Source: Anthoceros angustus
Lineage: Eukaryota > Plantae > Anthocerotophyta
NCBI GenBank assembly: GCA_010909165.1
Contig: VJWM01000144.1
Location: forward strand, 186,001 to 250,000
DNA length: 64,000 nucleotides
Direction: 5' to 3'
The notes under the pieces are model-generated. The model worked only from the letters and a program-made list of their open reading frames with translations, did not search any database and was not told the origin of the DNA. Both the position numbers and the translations under genes were made by a program. Below, one piece after another: positions 39,661-51,120 of the stretch (position 1 is the first letter of the stretch; every line of letters begins with the position of its first letter).

Positions 39661-39739
39661 CCTGCAATTCCACGAGCTACCGGCCTGCGGCTAGAAAATT
39701 CTAGCATCACAACACAACCAAACCAAAAGCTCGATACCG

Positions 39740-39945
39740 CTTGAAGGATCGTGTGACAAGATGGTGGAAAGAGAGGAGAGGAGAGGAGGAAGCAAATGGA
39801 TCTCTCTCACATTGAGATGAGGCTTGGAGGTATTTATACCCTCAATAGGCTCCTAGGAAGCTCCACAAGAAGCTCCTAGGAAGCTCCACAAAGAAGATCT
39901 CTCACATTGAGATGAGGCTTGAGGGTATTTATACCCTCAACAGGG
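39740..39945 (-). repeat. 5' LTR of copia #2, truncated, with an internal duplication
   Basis: gatctctc(tc)acattgagatgaggctt..gtatttataccctcaa occurs twice (~39800 and ~39897). The tcctagtgattagc...taca part of the other LTR is missing. Confidence 0.85.
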
Positions 39946-40151
39946 CCAAGGAGATCATGCTTTGCAGATCTATTGTCGAATGCAACGTGAGGGGTAAGTC
40001 CAGATGCACGGACATTTGTAAGTGTTCAGCTCCAAGCTTGTGGTGCAATCTCTGAGGATGATGACCTCACAGTTGTCAATGGGCAAAAGGAGGGACAACA
40101 AGTCCGTAGTTTTCAGCTCCTTATTTTCAATGGCTTCCCCTTCCATGTTGA

Positions 40152-40475
40152 AACGTTGAAGCACCAAGAACATTCCTTCAACATGGGATTAAGAAGCTTA
40201 CCACATATATAATAGCTTAAGAAAGGTCATAAAACCTAAGAGCTAGGCGCTAAGTGGGAGTGTTAACGTATGTAGCACCCTAGCCCTTAGGGCACGATTC
40301 ACATAAAGCAGAACTTAATAGGCACATAACGAAACGTCACGTGACGTTTACAACACATGATGCTTGGGCACAGCCCTTGTGTATTTGAGCACTTCTGCTC
40401 TGCCGTGCTTATGATTCAATCCATTCCTGAACAATCGATCCCGGTCCATATGCGACCTTCACATGGTATCGCAGG
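40152..40475 (+). mobile_element. Second copy of the copia #1 3' end: RNase H tail, PPT, LTR (40261-40463), followed by a PBS-like TGGTATCGCAG
   Basis: Matches 32859-33152; tggtatc immediately follows the LTR's CA end. Confidence 0.85.
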
Positions 40476-42224
40476 CGCCACCGCACCCTTGATATCTACA
40501 GCACATAACAATGAGACATAAATATCTATAAGCATGCCGGGCTTACGCAGAGGAGGCGTGTTCAAGAGCAAATAGAATTGCTCAAACCCGAAATTCAAAG
40601 AAGCCATAGAGAGCAGCGCTACAAGGAAGAGCGAAAAACCTATGGCACTATGCCGGATCCGGACGCTCCGTTCTTCTTGTGCTGAAGAACTATACTTGAG
40701 AGGCTTTGTTGACCCGTGACTATGATTGGGCATACGTACACCTCTCTTTCTCTACACACAATAAAAGGTACCAAACAACACACAATGATCGTGGCGGTTT
40801 ACAACTACGATTGACGTGCACACCCCAATTGATCCACAAGTTAAGGAATCCATAATATGCAGCCTACAAAACCTCTGACCAAAGCGCCTCCTCAAAGTGC
40901 CAGCTCACCGGACAACCTCTACATCTTGCCTCCAACACCGAAATTGGAGAATTTCAAAACAACATCATTCGAAGCGCAGCACTTAGAGGCCAATGCTCCC
41001 AATACCACTTGCGGACTTTTAAAATTCTACTCACCCTCCAAGTAGAAACCACATGTCTACTTAGGCACAGTTATCACCCTCTAAGCAGCCAATCTATAGC
41101 ACTTACCACAATGGCCACATCCTCCATCACTGTCGAAGAGGACCGCTTGACGCCAGCAGCCTAATTTATTTGTTTGGAAATTTCGCATTCTGAAATTTTG
41201 AAAGAACGTAAGCTATGGGCCTCGTTGGTGGCGTTGGAAACCCTCACAAAAAGCAAAAATCCACACCGCGGCAGAGAAAGAGTGGGAAGATAAAACCAAC
41301 AGTTAAAAACATCCTCATGCAATCCATGAGGTGGAACGTCGCAAATCGCCGGTGTAGAGGGCATGTTGGAACAAACACATATATGCCTCAACAGACATTA
41401 TGCACTGCTGCACACTATTAAAATTTCTTCGGACTTGAATGTCCGAGACCCAGTGGATCAACATACCATGCACTTTAGGATGGATGACAAAGTTCTGACC
41501 ACAGCTTCGTCAAAGAAGATCTCTCTCTGTTCTCTTGTCCACCTTGCCGAGTCATGGGTCGTCGTCGTCAATCCCTACAAGGCGTACAACCTCTCACTCA
41601 ACAAGGTTATTCAATGACTTGTTGAAGAGGCTAGAAGGAAACTACACCACTCATTTAGGGGAATCTTCATCAAGAGCATTTTTCACAGGGGCCGCGGATC
41701 CAGGCGAGGCAACAACTTTAGAGGCGGCACGGCGGGGGCACTTACCCCAGCAATAGAGGACATGGAGCTTATAATCCTTCATGGAAACCAATATGTGGAT
41801 CTGCCCGGTCACACCCCGAAGAATGCAGAAACGATTAGCTGCAGCCAACCCAAGGCAATCGTGGCAACTCGCCTCACTATGAAGCGACACTCAAGGGCCT
41901 TTCTTAACTATCTTTCGTATTTCGAGGAATGGTATTTCAATCTCTGGTCTCGCTACATATCCTGGATCCCCATGGGTGGGAACATTATTGTTTAACCACC
42001 AATTATTGCTATTTGTCGGCTCTGTACTCCTGTGATCACTCTCTGTAAACACGTTTTTCACATACATCAGTTTCAGACGAGGGTCTTTTCATATGAAAAC
42101 AAAAAATGTTTCTTACCTTCTTCGTTATCGACCATTTCGTCGTTGCTTTCGTTGATTGATACCATCCTGAACAAAAGGAAAATGTGATAAGTCGAATGTG
42201 AGTTGCGATTGCCGCCACGAAGGC

Positions 42225-42400
42225 ATAGCGGCATGCCGATGCCCAGGCGTCGGTATCTTTCGCATGCGCCGATGCTAATACACCGCATGCTGGGGCATGC
42301 CGATGCATGTCGCCGCATCCAACGCAAGCTGCGGCATGCCGATGCATGCCGCCGCCATAACCGCATGTTGCGGCATGCCGATGCATGCATGCCTCGGCAT
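42225..42400. repeat. GCGGCATGCCGATGCAT minisatellite
   Basis: About 5 copies of gcggcatgccgatgc(atg). Confidence 0.85.
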
Positions 42401-43363
42401 GACGCCATCGTTCGACTCGACGTTGTTGACTCGTCGTTCGGCTCGACCGCGTTGCTCTAACTAAATTAAAAACTTTGGGGAAGTGATCTAGAGCATTTGA
42501 TCAAGTACTACACTTACCTTGAAGACTGAACATGGAAGTGTTGATATAATCAGACGCCGGCACGCATACCTTAACGGTCACCTCCTAGAAAAGGTGAGCA
42601 TAAGTTTGTGTGTTAGAAGACTTGAAGTTGGAAAGACTAGATACTACACAAACGAGCGTCGACGTAAAGCAGACAGCGACAAGACACACAACCCAACACA
42701 TGCGACCTACTTGACACGGCGGATGGACAAAGAGGCAGAGACATGAGGCGTATTCCAAAGACGGGCTGACTGCGAGGGACATTGTGCAAGCGCATGAAAC
42801 TCGACTTGAGACGTAGCCTAGGCGGACGCAAAATCGGTGTGCGAACGCGACATAAGCAACAAAAGGGTTGTAGAGATGGAACTGCACGAGAGTTATGTGT
42901 CTTGGCGGATGTACGAGAGCAAGAAGGAAACTTACGCTATAGGAACTTACGCGGTGGGGTGCCTTCTAGCTTCTCTTTGCTAAATGCGTTGAAAACATCA
43001 GCAACATGAGTCGCACAAATGTTACAGTGCAGGATGATGGAGAAAGATCTTTCTCATTTCAGCCAGGCTGACGTTTAGACGAGATGATAGAGAGGACACA
43101 CCAAGGGAATCCTAAACCAGCACCACCAACGTGAAAGCGAAGCGGACAAGGGAGCAGGAAACTTACGCACATTTCAAAATGGTGGGGTGCCTTGAGTGTC
43201 TTTTCGCATAGCTCAGAAACGCAAGAGACATGAGAGGCATGAGTATGTAAACGTAAAGAAACACGACGCTTAGGATGCAAGACCCACCCAAGAAAAGGAC
43301 CAAATCTAGATTCGTGGAGCTTCTAACATACCACCAACCTCAACGATCGATACCGGCGCCACA

Positions 43364-43485
43364 GCGATGGCGATAGCGCAGCTCGGCGCCGAAAGAAGGC
43401 GATGGCGATAGCGCAGCTCGGCGCCGAAAGAAGGCGATGGCGATAAGCGATGGCGATAAGCGATGGCGATAAGCGATGGCGATCG
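43364..43485. repeat. Tandem repeats: 35-bp unit x2, then 13-bp gcgatggcgataa x~4
   Basis: gcgatggcgatagcgcagctcggcgccgaaagaag twice, then gcgatggcgataa repeats. Confidence 0.9.
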
Positions 43486-43887
43486 CGCTCAAAGACCGAG
43501 ATGGTGATGGCAATCGCGCAACTCGGCGCCGGCGAAGGAAGGCGGTCGAGCAGCTCGGCGCCGACGGATGGTGGGCGAGGGCGCAAAAGCGAAGGAGGAG
43601 ACACTGGGAAAGAAAAGGGCGGGGAGAGAGACATAAGTAAGAGAAGGTAGATTGTTCGAGAGGCTTCCCGCGATGTGCCCGTGTGTCAACTGTGATTGGT
43701 TGCTCGCTCGGGTCACGCCCGGTGTTGGTGGTTCGGTAGTTAGGTTAGGTGCATTCAAATTAGGTTTGGGTGTGGCGGCGGCACGCACTCAATCGCGATG
43801 GGAGGTAGGTTCATTAATTGGCCTCGGACCGTAGGTTTGGTAAATTTGAAGTAGGTCTGGTAGAGAGGCGTCGGCCCGTGAGAGAGG

Positions 43888-43960
43888 TTAGGGTTTCATA
43901 GGCTATAAAATCCGTCTTTTCAACTCACACCGCCTTTCTCCCTTTCGGCTTTGCTCTGCT
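43888..43960 (+). promoter_or_regulatory. Putative Pol II promoter (telo-box + TATA + pyrimidine-rich leader)
   Basis: ttagggtttc..ctataaaat followed by cctttctccctttcggctttgctctgc. Confidence 0.35.
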
Positions 43961-44479
43961 TTGTGCAAGGTCCATTTGCGTTTGCGCTTTTGAGGTTTCT
44001 TTCTCCGTCGGTCGATCATTTTTGCTTAGGCGATCGCTCGAGCGATCGTTGTGTTTAGGGCGCTTGAGCTTGAGGCTGGTTGTGCATCCGGTCTCGATCT
44101 ACCTTTTGCCGCTTTTGTTTCGTGTTGCCGCTTTTGTTTTGTGTTGTTTACGTGTTGCCGCTTTTGATGTTTTGGTCTTGTCCTCGTTCTTGCCACATCC
44201 GTGTGTTCTTTTGAGTCTTCTGCTTGCTTTGCTCGCACTTGGAGGCCTTGTCTTTCTTTTGTCATGTACGCGTAAGGTCCTGCATGGAGTTACTCGCTTG
44301 TGGTTGACCGAAAGCTTTTCGTGCCTAGAACTCAAAGCCCGCCGCTTCTAGCCTTGATGCCGCCTTGATGCTGTCCGTTTTCTTAACCTTTGATCCTCGC
44401 AACGCCTAATCTTGGTGTGTGCTTGCTCTTGTGATTTGAGTTTCTCTCTTGTTGGTTGTCGTCCCATATGCCGGTACTA

Positions 44480-45680
44480 TGAACCTATCGCTTATCACCG
44501 TTTTCGTTGCAAGACTGCTACATCTTGGACCACACTTTTACGCTGATATTAATGTGAGGTTCCCAAATTGTCTGGTTTGTGTATGTGTTGTTCTGCCGTC
44601 TGCTTTGCTTTGTGTGTCGTGCAATCATTTGTGTTCGAGCGCTCGTGTGTGAAGTGGTGTTCGCGTTGTTCTTCTTTCCTCCTGTTATTGTGTTTTGTCA
44701 TTTCGTGTTTTGTTCTTGTCCTTGTTCTTGTATATCTGCGTGCTTTAAGTTCTTCTTTGTTTCACGCACGCAACGGCCTTTTATTTTATATCTACGTGTA
44801 AGTCCTCGCACGCAGCTACTTTGTCTGTCTTGAACGTGGCTACTTCGTGTCTTGAACGCTGATTGTTCCTAATGTTTTAAGGCCGCTTTTAGCGCTGCCT
44901 CGAGCCCTCACCATTTGTTTTTATGTTCTTTCGATATTTCCGACCTTCATTATAAATGCGTGTTTTTCTATGTGCTTGAATATGAACCTATGGCTTATAT
45001 ATTGTAATGGTTTCGTGTTGGAGACAATCGGAAGAAATTGCTACATCTTGGGCCGGAGGTCATTTCTTACGCTCAGACATTGTGTGAGGTTTCTTGAACT
45101 TGGTTAGTATCTATATGTGTGGCTCCGCTATCAATCGTTTTGTGTGGCATGCTACGCTTATGGTTTAGTTTGAATTGGTTGCTCTGTTTGTTGTTGTTTT
45201 GTGCTATCAAGTTGTGTGCATGCTACGCTTTATTGTCCGATTTTCTTGTGTCTTTGATTATCTTTTAAGTGAACGTTGAGTCTTTGTTTATCTGTGTGAG
45301 AGTTGCTTAGTGATCTATTGTTATGCGCTTCTGTTCTACGGTTTGGTTTTGGTGTCTTGAATTTCCTGTCTTTTCCTTTCTTGGCTGATTTGAAAGCTAA
45401 TGTTTTCCAGTTTTGTTATTCAAGTATGGTTCCTTCTTGCGATCACTTGCTCTATCTCAAAAGTTTTGTGTTTTCTTTCAAGTTGCGTCATGCTCTGATT
45501 TCTTGTCTTATTTTACGTGTCTTTGATACATGTTTAGTCTTTGTTAATCGTGAGAGTTTATTTGCGCCGTATTGTGTGAGGTTTCTTGAACTTGTTTAGT
45601 TTATGTATGTGCGATTGCTTTTCAATCGTATTGTGTGGCTTGCTACGCTTTTAGATTTGGTTTGAGTTTGGTTGTTCTGT
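44480..45680. repeat. Degenerate ~490-bp-period repeat, about 3 units, T-rich
   Basis: tatgaacctat..gcttat / gctacatcttgg at ~44480-44530 and ~44980-45050. tgtgtgaggtttcttgaacttg...tgtgtgg..tgctacgctt at ~45082 and ~45572. Confidence 0.6.
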
Positions 45681-46009
45681 TTTGAACAGCTCTCAAAGAT
45701 AGGGGTTATTCTCCATTAAAGGGTTTGGGTCCCTAAAGACCAAAAATGACTCAAAACGGGCCAAAAATGCATCATCTTTAGCAAAACCACTCTTTAGACA
45801 TGTCTTGAAAGACATTGACCATGTTATTTTCGTGAATACTTACGCTAATGTGGTTGAAGCCGAAGAAGGTTCATGGATTTCACCTTCACAAGGAAGGGAT
45901 TTCAAGGATTTTTAATAGGTGCTAGGAATCCTAAACACCTCTTCGCAGCGATAGTACTTCCTAGCGGGGTGAGCAGGCAAACCAAACAAAATTAGTCCAG
46001 CAAGCCAAA

Positions 46010-46365
46010 GCTGGCGGACGTCCGCAACCAACATAAAAGTAGCAATTAGCGAAAAAGAAACAAGCTGGCGGACGTCCGGCGCAATTGTGAAGAACATTAA
46101 CCGATAGCTTGATCATGGCCATCTCGAGAGGACCAAACTACGACTCTAAAAGTAGCGCTGGACGTCTGGTGCACTTTGAGTACACAACCCGGGATCTCCA
46201 TTGTTAGAGTGAAAACATAGAAGGAATTGGAACAATGCGGACGTTCGCACATTGGCGCGAGTCTGCTAAAAAACTGCCGGACGTCCGGCGCATTTCTGAG
46301 ACCCCAATCTTGTGGGCGTCCGGCGAGATGGAAATGGTGGAGTGGATGCGCGGACGTCCGCGCAG
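46010..46365. repeat. Array of palindromic CGGACGTCCG motifs
   Basis: Perfect copies at ~46015, 46068, 46278, 46350; variants at ~46158, 46238, 46315; one more at ~47637. Confidence 0.8.
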
Positions 46366-48956
46366 ATCTATATTTATTCTTTGTCTTTAAGAATATCCGC
46401 TCGGGATAGGTGCACATAGACTCAATGGCATAAGAACTCCAAGGTTAAGCACTGGTCGGATCAGACGGATGGGGTGCTTGACTTTGGTGCTTTGAGAATT
46501 TGTTATGCACTCTTGGGTCAAATTAGAACTAGGATGGCTTGCTTGTTTTTGGCGCTTTGAAAACTTTGTAACAACTCCTTTGTTAAGCAACCTAGGCGTA
46601 TCAATACTAGGATGGAGTGTTGATTTTTAGTGGTTTGAAAAATTTGTAAATCATCCGGTATCTAGGCGTAAAGTCATGAATATTATTTTTGAAAATCATT
46701 TGTTGGTTGATGTTATATTCCCACATTCGCTTTGTATACAACATGTTAAACCTTTTGGCCTTACTCTATGTGCCCCTTCGATGACTTGCATTTGGATCTC
46801 TTTGATTGGTGCGCCAAAATGTCCGCTCATTCGAGTTTGATGCACGTATAGATGCATAGGCCTTGGTTTCTAGATGAGCTACATTTTCCAAAATTCGACA
46901 TGTATGATGGTGGTTTCTAATGGCCAACCTTTTGAAGGCGACAATGTTTCACAATGTTTTGCGGAGAAGCAAGAAAATAAATAGAATAGATGATTTTCCT
47001 TGAGTAATGAAAGCACATCGGATGTAGTCGAACACAAGCATAAGAGAGCATCCGCTCGCCACCGCGAGCCCTAGTGAGAGCCAGTATCTCGAAGAAAGAG
47101 GGCTGTCGCCCGAAATGGGGTTTTGACCAAATGGTGAGTATTTCGGTGAGGCTCAAGGAGGACCTATCTATACCCACCGTGACGCCCACTACGGTGTGCG
47201 CTAGGTGTTCGAGGCGAACTATAGCCAAGCTTCGCCAGAGATTTTGAATTTAAGATCGACTTGCTCCATGTGCCACCCATGGATAGATTAAGGTTGAAAG
47301 CGATGCGGACTTGACAAGAAGAAATGTAAGCTCAAGAGTTTGATCAAGAGCGGTTGAGGAGGCCTCACCATCCTTTACCTTGTCCAATTCTGCTGCGAGG
47401 CCCAATCTGCAGATCTAAGTGCGGCTTATCTCCGACACGGAGGGGCCAGGTCAGACAGGGTATGCCTGCCGTCTGGGATTGCTCTGAATCACGGGGTTTG
47501 AAAAGAGAATTGATGTGAGTGTTGGTGCGGTGGCAAGTGTGCACAAGCAACTTGAACGAAAGTGCTTGCCTACACAAGTATTGACGCAACCCTCTCCAAA
47601 CCCGGTGTATTGCACCTCTTTGGAGTATAAGTGCGCCGGACGTTCGGCGCACTCCAGCTCTTTGGAGCATAAGTGCGCCACCATCCGCCACTTGGTACAA
47701 AGTGTGTCCGCCATTTGTGCGGACGGTGGGCACATTAGGTCTTCCTTGGGCTCGGATGCATGGGCTGTGGGTTCGCAAATCAAGCAGTGAAATGAGACAT
47801 GTGCATTTACGGATGGTTGGGGCCAAAATGGGGTTCGAGACAAACCCTATCTTTGAAACACTGCTTTTTTGGTTGTTCTGTTTTATCAAGTAGTTTACAT
47901 GCTTTTTTGAATCTCTTTTGAGTGTAGTGTTGTAACTTTGATAATCCTTGTGTCGTTAATGTTAATGCGTCATTACATCTGCGTTTTGGATGTTAAATGA
48001 TGTGTTATTCATTTGGTGTTTGTCTTCATTTTGTACCTTCGTCTTTTGTACCTATTGTCGCAAGTAGGACCGAGTTGTGTTAGCGAGACTCCAATTTGTT
48101 ATTGGTCCGGAATGTTTTAAGCCGTGTTTGAAGTTTTTAAGTCTTGCGTTAGTTTTTAAGTTTGCGTTCAATATGTTATATCGTTGTTCTTTGTCTATGA
48201 TCCGCTCTCCGAGTTCTTGATTCCTTCTGCTTTTGTGTATTGCGCTAGTCCAACTTTGTAATTGTATTACCTTGGAATCACTGTAAAGGCAACGATACCC
48301 TATCAACTTTGTTGGCGTGCCATAACCTAAGTTTGCGACAAGCTCGTTTAAGTATGGGACGTCCTAGTTGCATGATTGAGTTGCTCCTATAATATAATTG
48401 TTGTCATCGACTTACATGAAGGTAGTAATCTAATCCTTTTTTTGTGTGTGTAGGCTTCATTGTTCATCGTGTGAAGGGTTGGCTGCCAACATTCGATTCT
48501 GTGTCTCGTGAATCAGATAACCATTTCTTACTGAATTTGAAGTCACGATTGAATCTCCTAGTATGCACGTTATCATGTATTTATTACCTTTGAGGCTAAC
48601 ATTATTTTTGGTTGTTTTTGTCTCCACATGTCTTATTTGGCAAAAGGTCTTTTTAATTACAGGAAGTATGTGGGTATTGTTTGGGAAGGAGTTATCTGCT
48701 CACTAACATAAAGTGGAGGGATTTCAAAATTTTACAATGTGTATATTCAATGAATGTTTTGTGCCATATCCCCCACACCCCTACCCTCATCTTGGATTGT
48801 TTTATAATCATTTGTTAGACCCTTCAGCAGGTTCCTATCTGGAAGTTCTGAACACCACGTAAGTGTTTTCCTAGTTGTGTTTTTGCTTGTTTGTCAAGTT
48901 CTCTTTCAAGATGTTGGTGTTCCTTGACCACTCTAACGCTATTGTGGCTTTTGCAG

Positions 48957-51120
48957 ATGGCTCCTAAAAGAAAACCCACTGGACCTGCTGGACCGGGAAA
49001 AAAACAAGGATCTCTAGCTGAAGTTATGGCCAAGCCGTACACAAGACAGCGTGTCAAATCCGCAATTCGCCATACTACAACTCATCCACTGCAGGATGAT
49101 GGTAAAGTTGATGGTGTGTTGGTGCACAGTGAAGGAACTTATTTAGTTCCCAAAAAGACATTCCTAAACCGCCAAGGCACTTCTCATCCAATAAGGATGC
49201 TCGACGTGCAGCTGAGTTTGTGCAGAAGAGGAGAAGGGTGGACACTCGACCTGTGGCATTGGTTGAAGGTCCTCTTGCAGAGATTACTAACTATGTCCCA
49301 GTGTCTGAGAGAGGGGTCCAGTTTGTGGGGGAGAATGATTTTTTGATAACTGACGATCCCATGGTTGTGAGCGCTGCCAAAGCATGTATGCAGTCTAGGG
49401 ATTTGTGTCGTGTTGAACAGGATGCGTTACAGGCTGGCCAATTTTTCATGCCTGTTTGATTCGACCACAAGTCATCCTTGATCAAGAATTCCTTGATATG
49501 TTTGAAGGTGAAGTGTGCTGGTCAAGATGACTTTGCTATGGGTATTGAAGAAATTGATGATGAAGCAAACTTCAGAGAGATTTGACCCCTCTGTCCCCGA
49601 GGGAGCTGTGAATGATGCTTTGAGTGGTGGGAGGATAGGTCTAAACGGCAAAATAAGCGGTGCCGAATTTCAAGGCTTTTATGAAAGTGAGTGGTGTCAG
49701 GGGTTGGGACAATCTGTTGAGGATATTCGCATAAGGATCTAAACCTAATTCTAATACCTTTTTCCATCAAGTGCGAAACACGAAAGACAACTCGAGATTT
49801 TCTCCAAACATAAGTTCTTTGTGAGTTCTTCTGTTTTCCGTGAGAGAAACATGAGTTCTTCTGTGTTTTCAGTCTGCTTTAAGTTTATCTGCTGACTATG
49901 ACTTTACCTTGTGCAGGCTGATGTCTTTCTTCCGGGGTTTCAACCGAATTTTAACAAGGAAGTGCATTCGGGACCAGAGCCAGGCTGGCTCTGACATTCC
50001 TGTGATAAACATGCTTCACGGGATTTTCCATGGGGCCCAGGCAGCTCTTGTTGCATCCATGAAAATCAGCAAGGACCTCGGGATTGTGTCATGTCGAAAG
50101 GATGTTAAGTTGATTTCGGATGATGATGAGCGAATCCTTGCCCATAGAGATCATCAATGTTAATTTGGTCGTGGGGCTCAAAAAGGTACTTTTGTTCTTT
50201 GTGGTTTACCGATCCTAGGCTACCTCAAATTCTAATGCCTAAATTGTATTGCGGTGTGCGTATTTTTGCATGAGCAGTTTGGAGTCCGAGGCGGGAAGAG
50301 TTACATAATCTTCTTATCGTGGACTTCTCATTTTCATCAAATTCGGACAATTGTCGATAAGTAATTCTCTTTTGTTTTGTGGTCCTTGTTTCATTTTGTG
50401 TGTCTTTTGTTTCATTTGGTGTGTGTCTTTTGTTTCGAGATATGAAGAACGGCTTTCAAAGAATTACAAAGTTGACATGAAGAATTACCAAAGTGAGCAC
50501 TTCCGCCAAAGGTCAAAAACTATGAGAAGGACGTTATTGAAACTTTCAAAGTCATATTGATCACTCTCCTAAGTGGATTGCAACGACAAGAATCATCAAT
50601 ACGGGGTTTCTTTTCAACTCAACCATTGATAACCCAAGATCAAATGTAAGTTTGTGATTAATTGCTTTGAGCTATTGTGGTTTTGAATGTACTAACTATT
50701 AGTTCTATTAGCTAGGTGTGGTATGCAAAACTTGAGTATCGAAAGGAATGTCAAGGTCCATGAAGACTATGGTAGATGTTGCCCTTGTTGGCCATTACAC
50801 CAACAAGAGTTGTCGTGTAACAATGATTACACATTTGACGATGGCCTGTGCCTTCGATCTTTGGGAGAAGTGTCACCGCCATAAAACAGATGCTGGATTT
50901 TCAAGGTAAGTATGGTAGCAATTGTGACATTTAAAATTATTTGTATTTTCTTTTCGACGTTATGATGTTTTTCGGATATGATCGCCGGTCAAGCAAAACA
51001 GTAATCGCAGCAAGAGTTCTTGTTCGGTGAACGAAGATCTTACAAGGAGCTCGATCAAGAACTCAATCGGATGCGGGATGATCCGAGGGTGTTCTTCCGT
51101 CAAGCATCACGGATGTGAGT
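48957..51120 (+). pseudogene. Intron-containing Crypton/DUF3504-type tyrosine recombinase (frameshifted)
   Basis: ATG follows ttgcag (MAPKRKP...). Exon 49917-50185: FHGAQAALVASMKISKDLG...KLISDDDERIL. FGVRG at 50278 (first catalytic Arg). YEERLSKNYK at 50441. VWYAK, SMKTMVDVA..GHYTNKSCRVTMIT at ~50720-50830. (T)GHK-like caccgccataaaaca. Then FSR|intron from 50906|YDR, with the putative catalytic Tyr at 50977. Confidence 0.75.

Larger units (their letters stand above)
34790..39945 (-). mobile_element. Ty1/copia element #2, near full length (5' LTR truncated, PBS, GC-rich leader, gag, protease, integrase, RT, RNase H, PPT, 3' LTR)
   Basis: 3' LTR 34790-35039, PPT complement acctcccactt at 35040. 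RNase [54 protein letters not shown]. gag LVDLKMKEGTRMSDH.NDFNTI. PBS-like gctcgatacc at ~39729-39738. 5' LTR from ~39740. Confidence 0.93.

Noticed and set aside
38929-39744. Long Arg/Ala/Pro-rich ORFs on both strands
   Set aside because: By-product of stop-poor GC-rich leader sequence; no domain motifs.
41540-41600. Myosin-like VVNPYK motif
   Set aside because: An isolated 6-residue match with no other motor-domain motifs.
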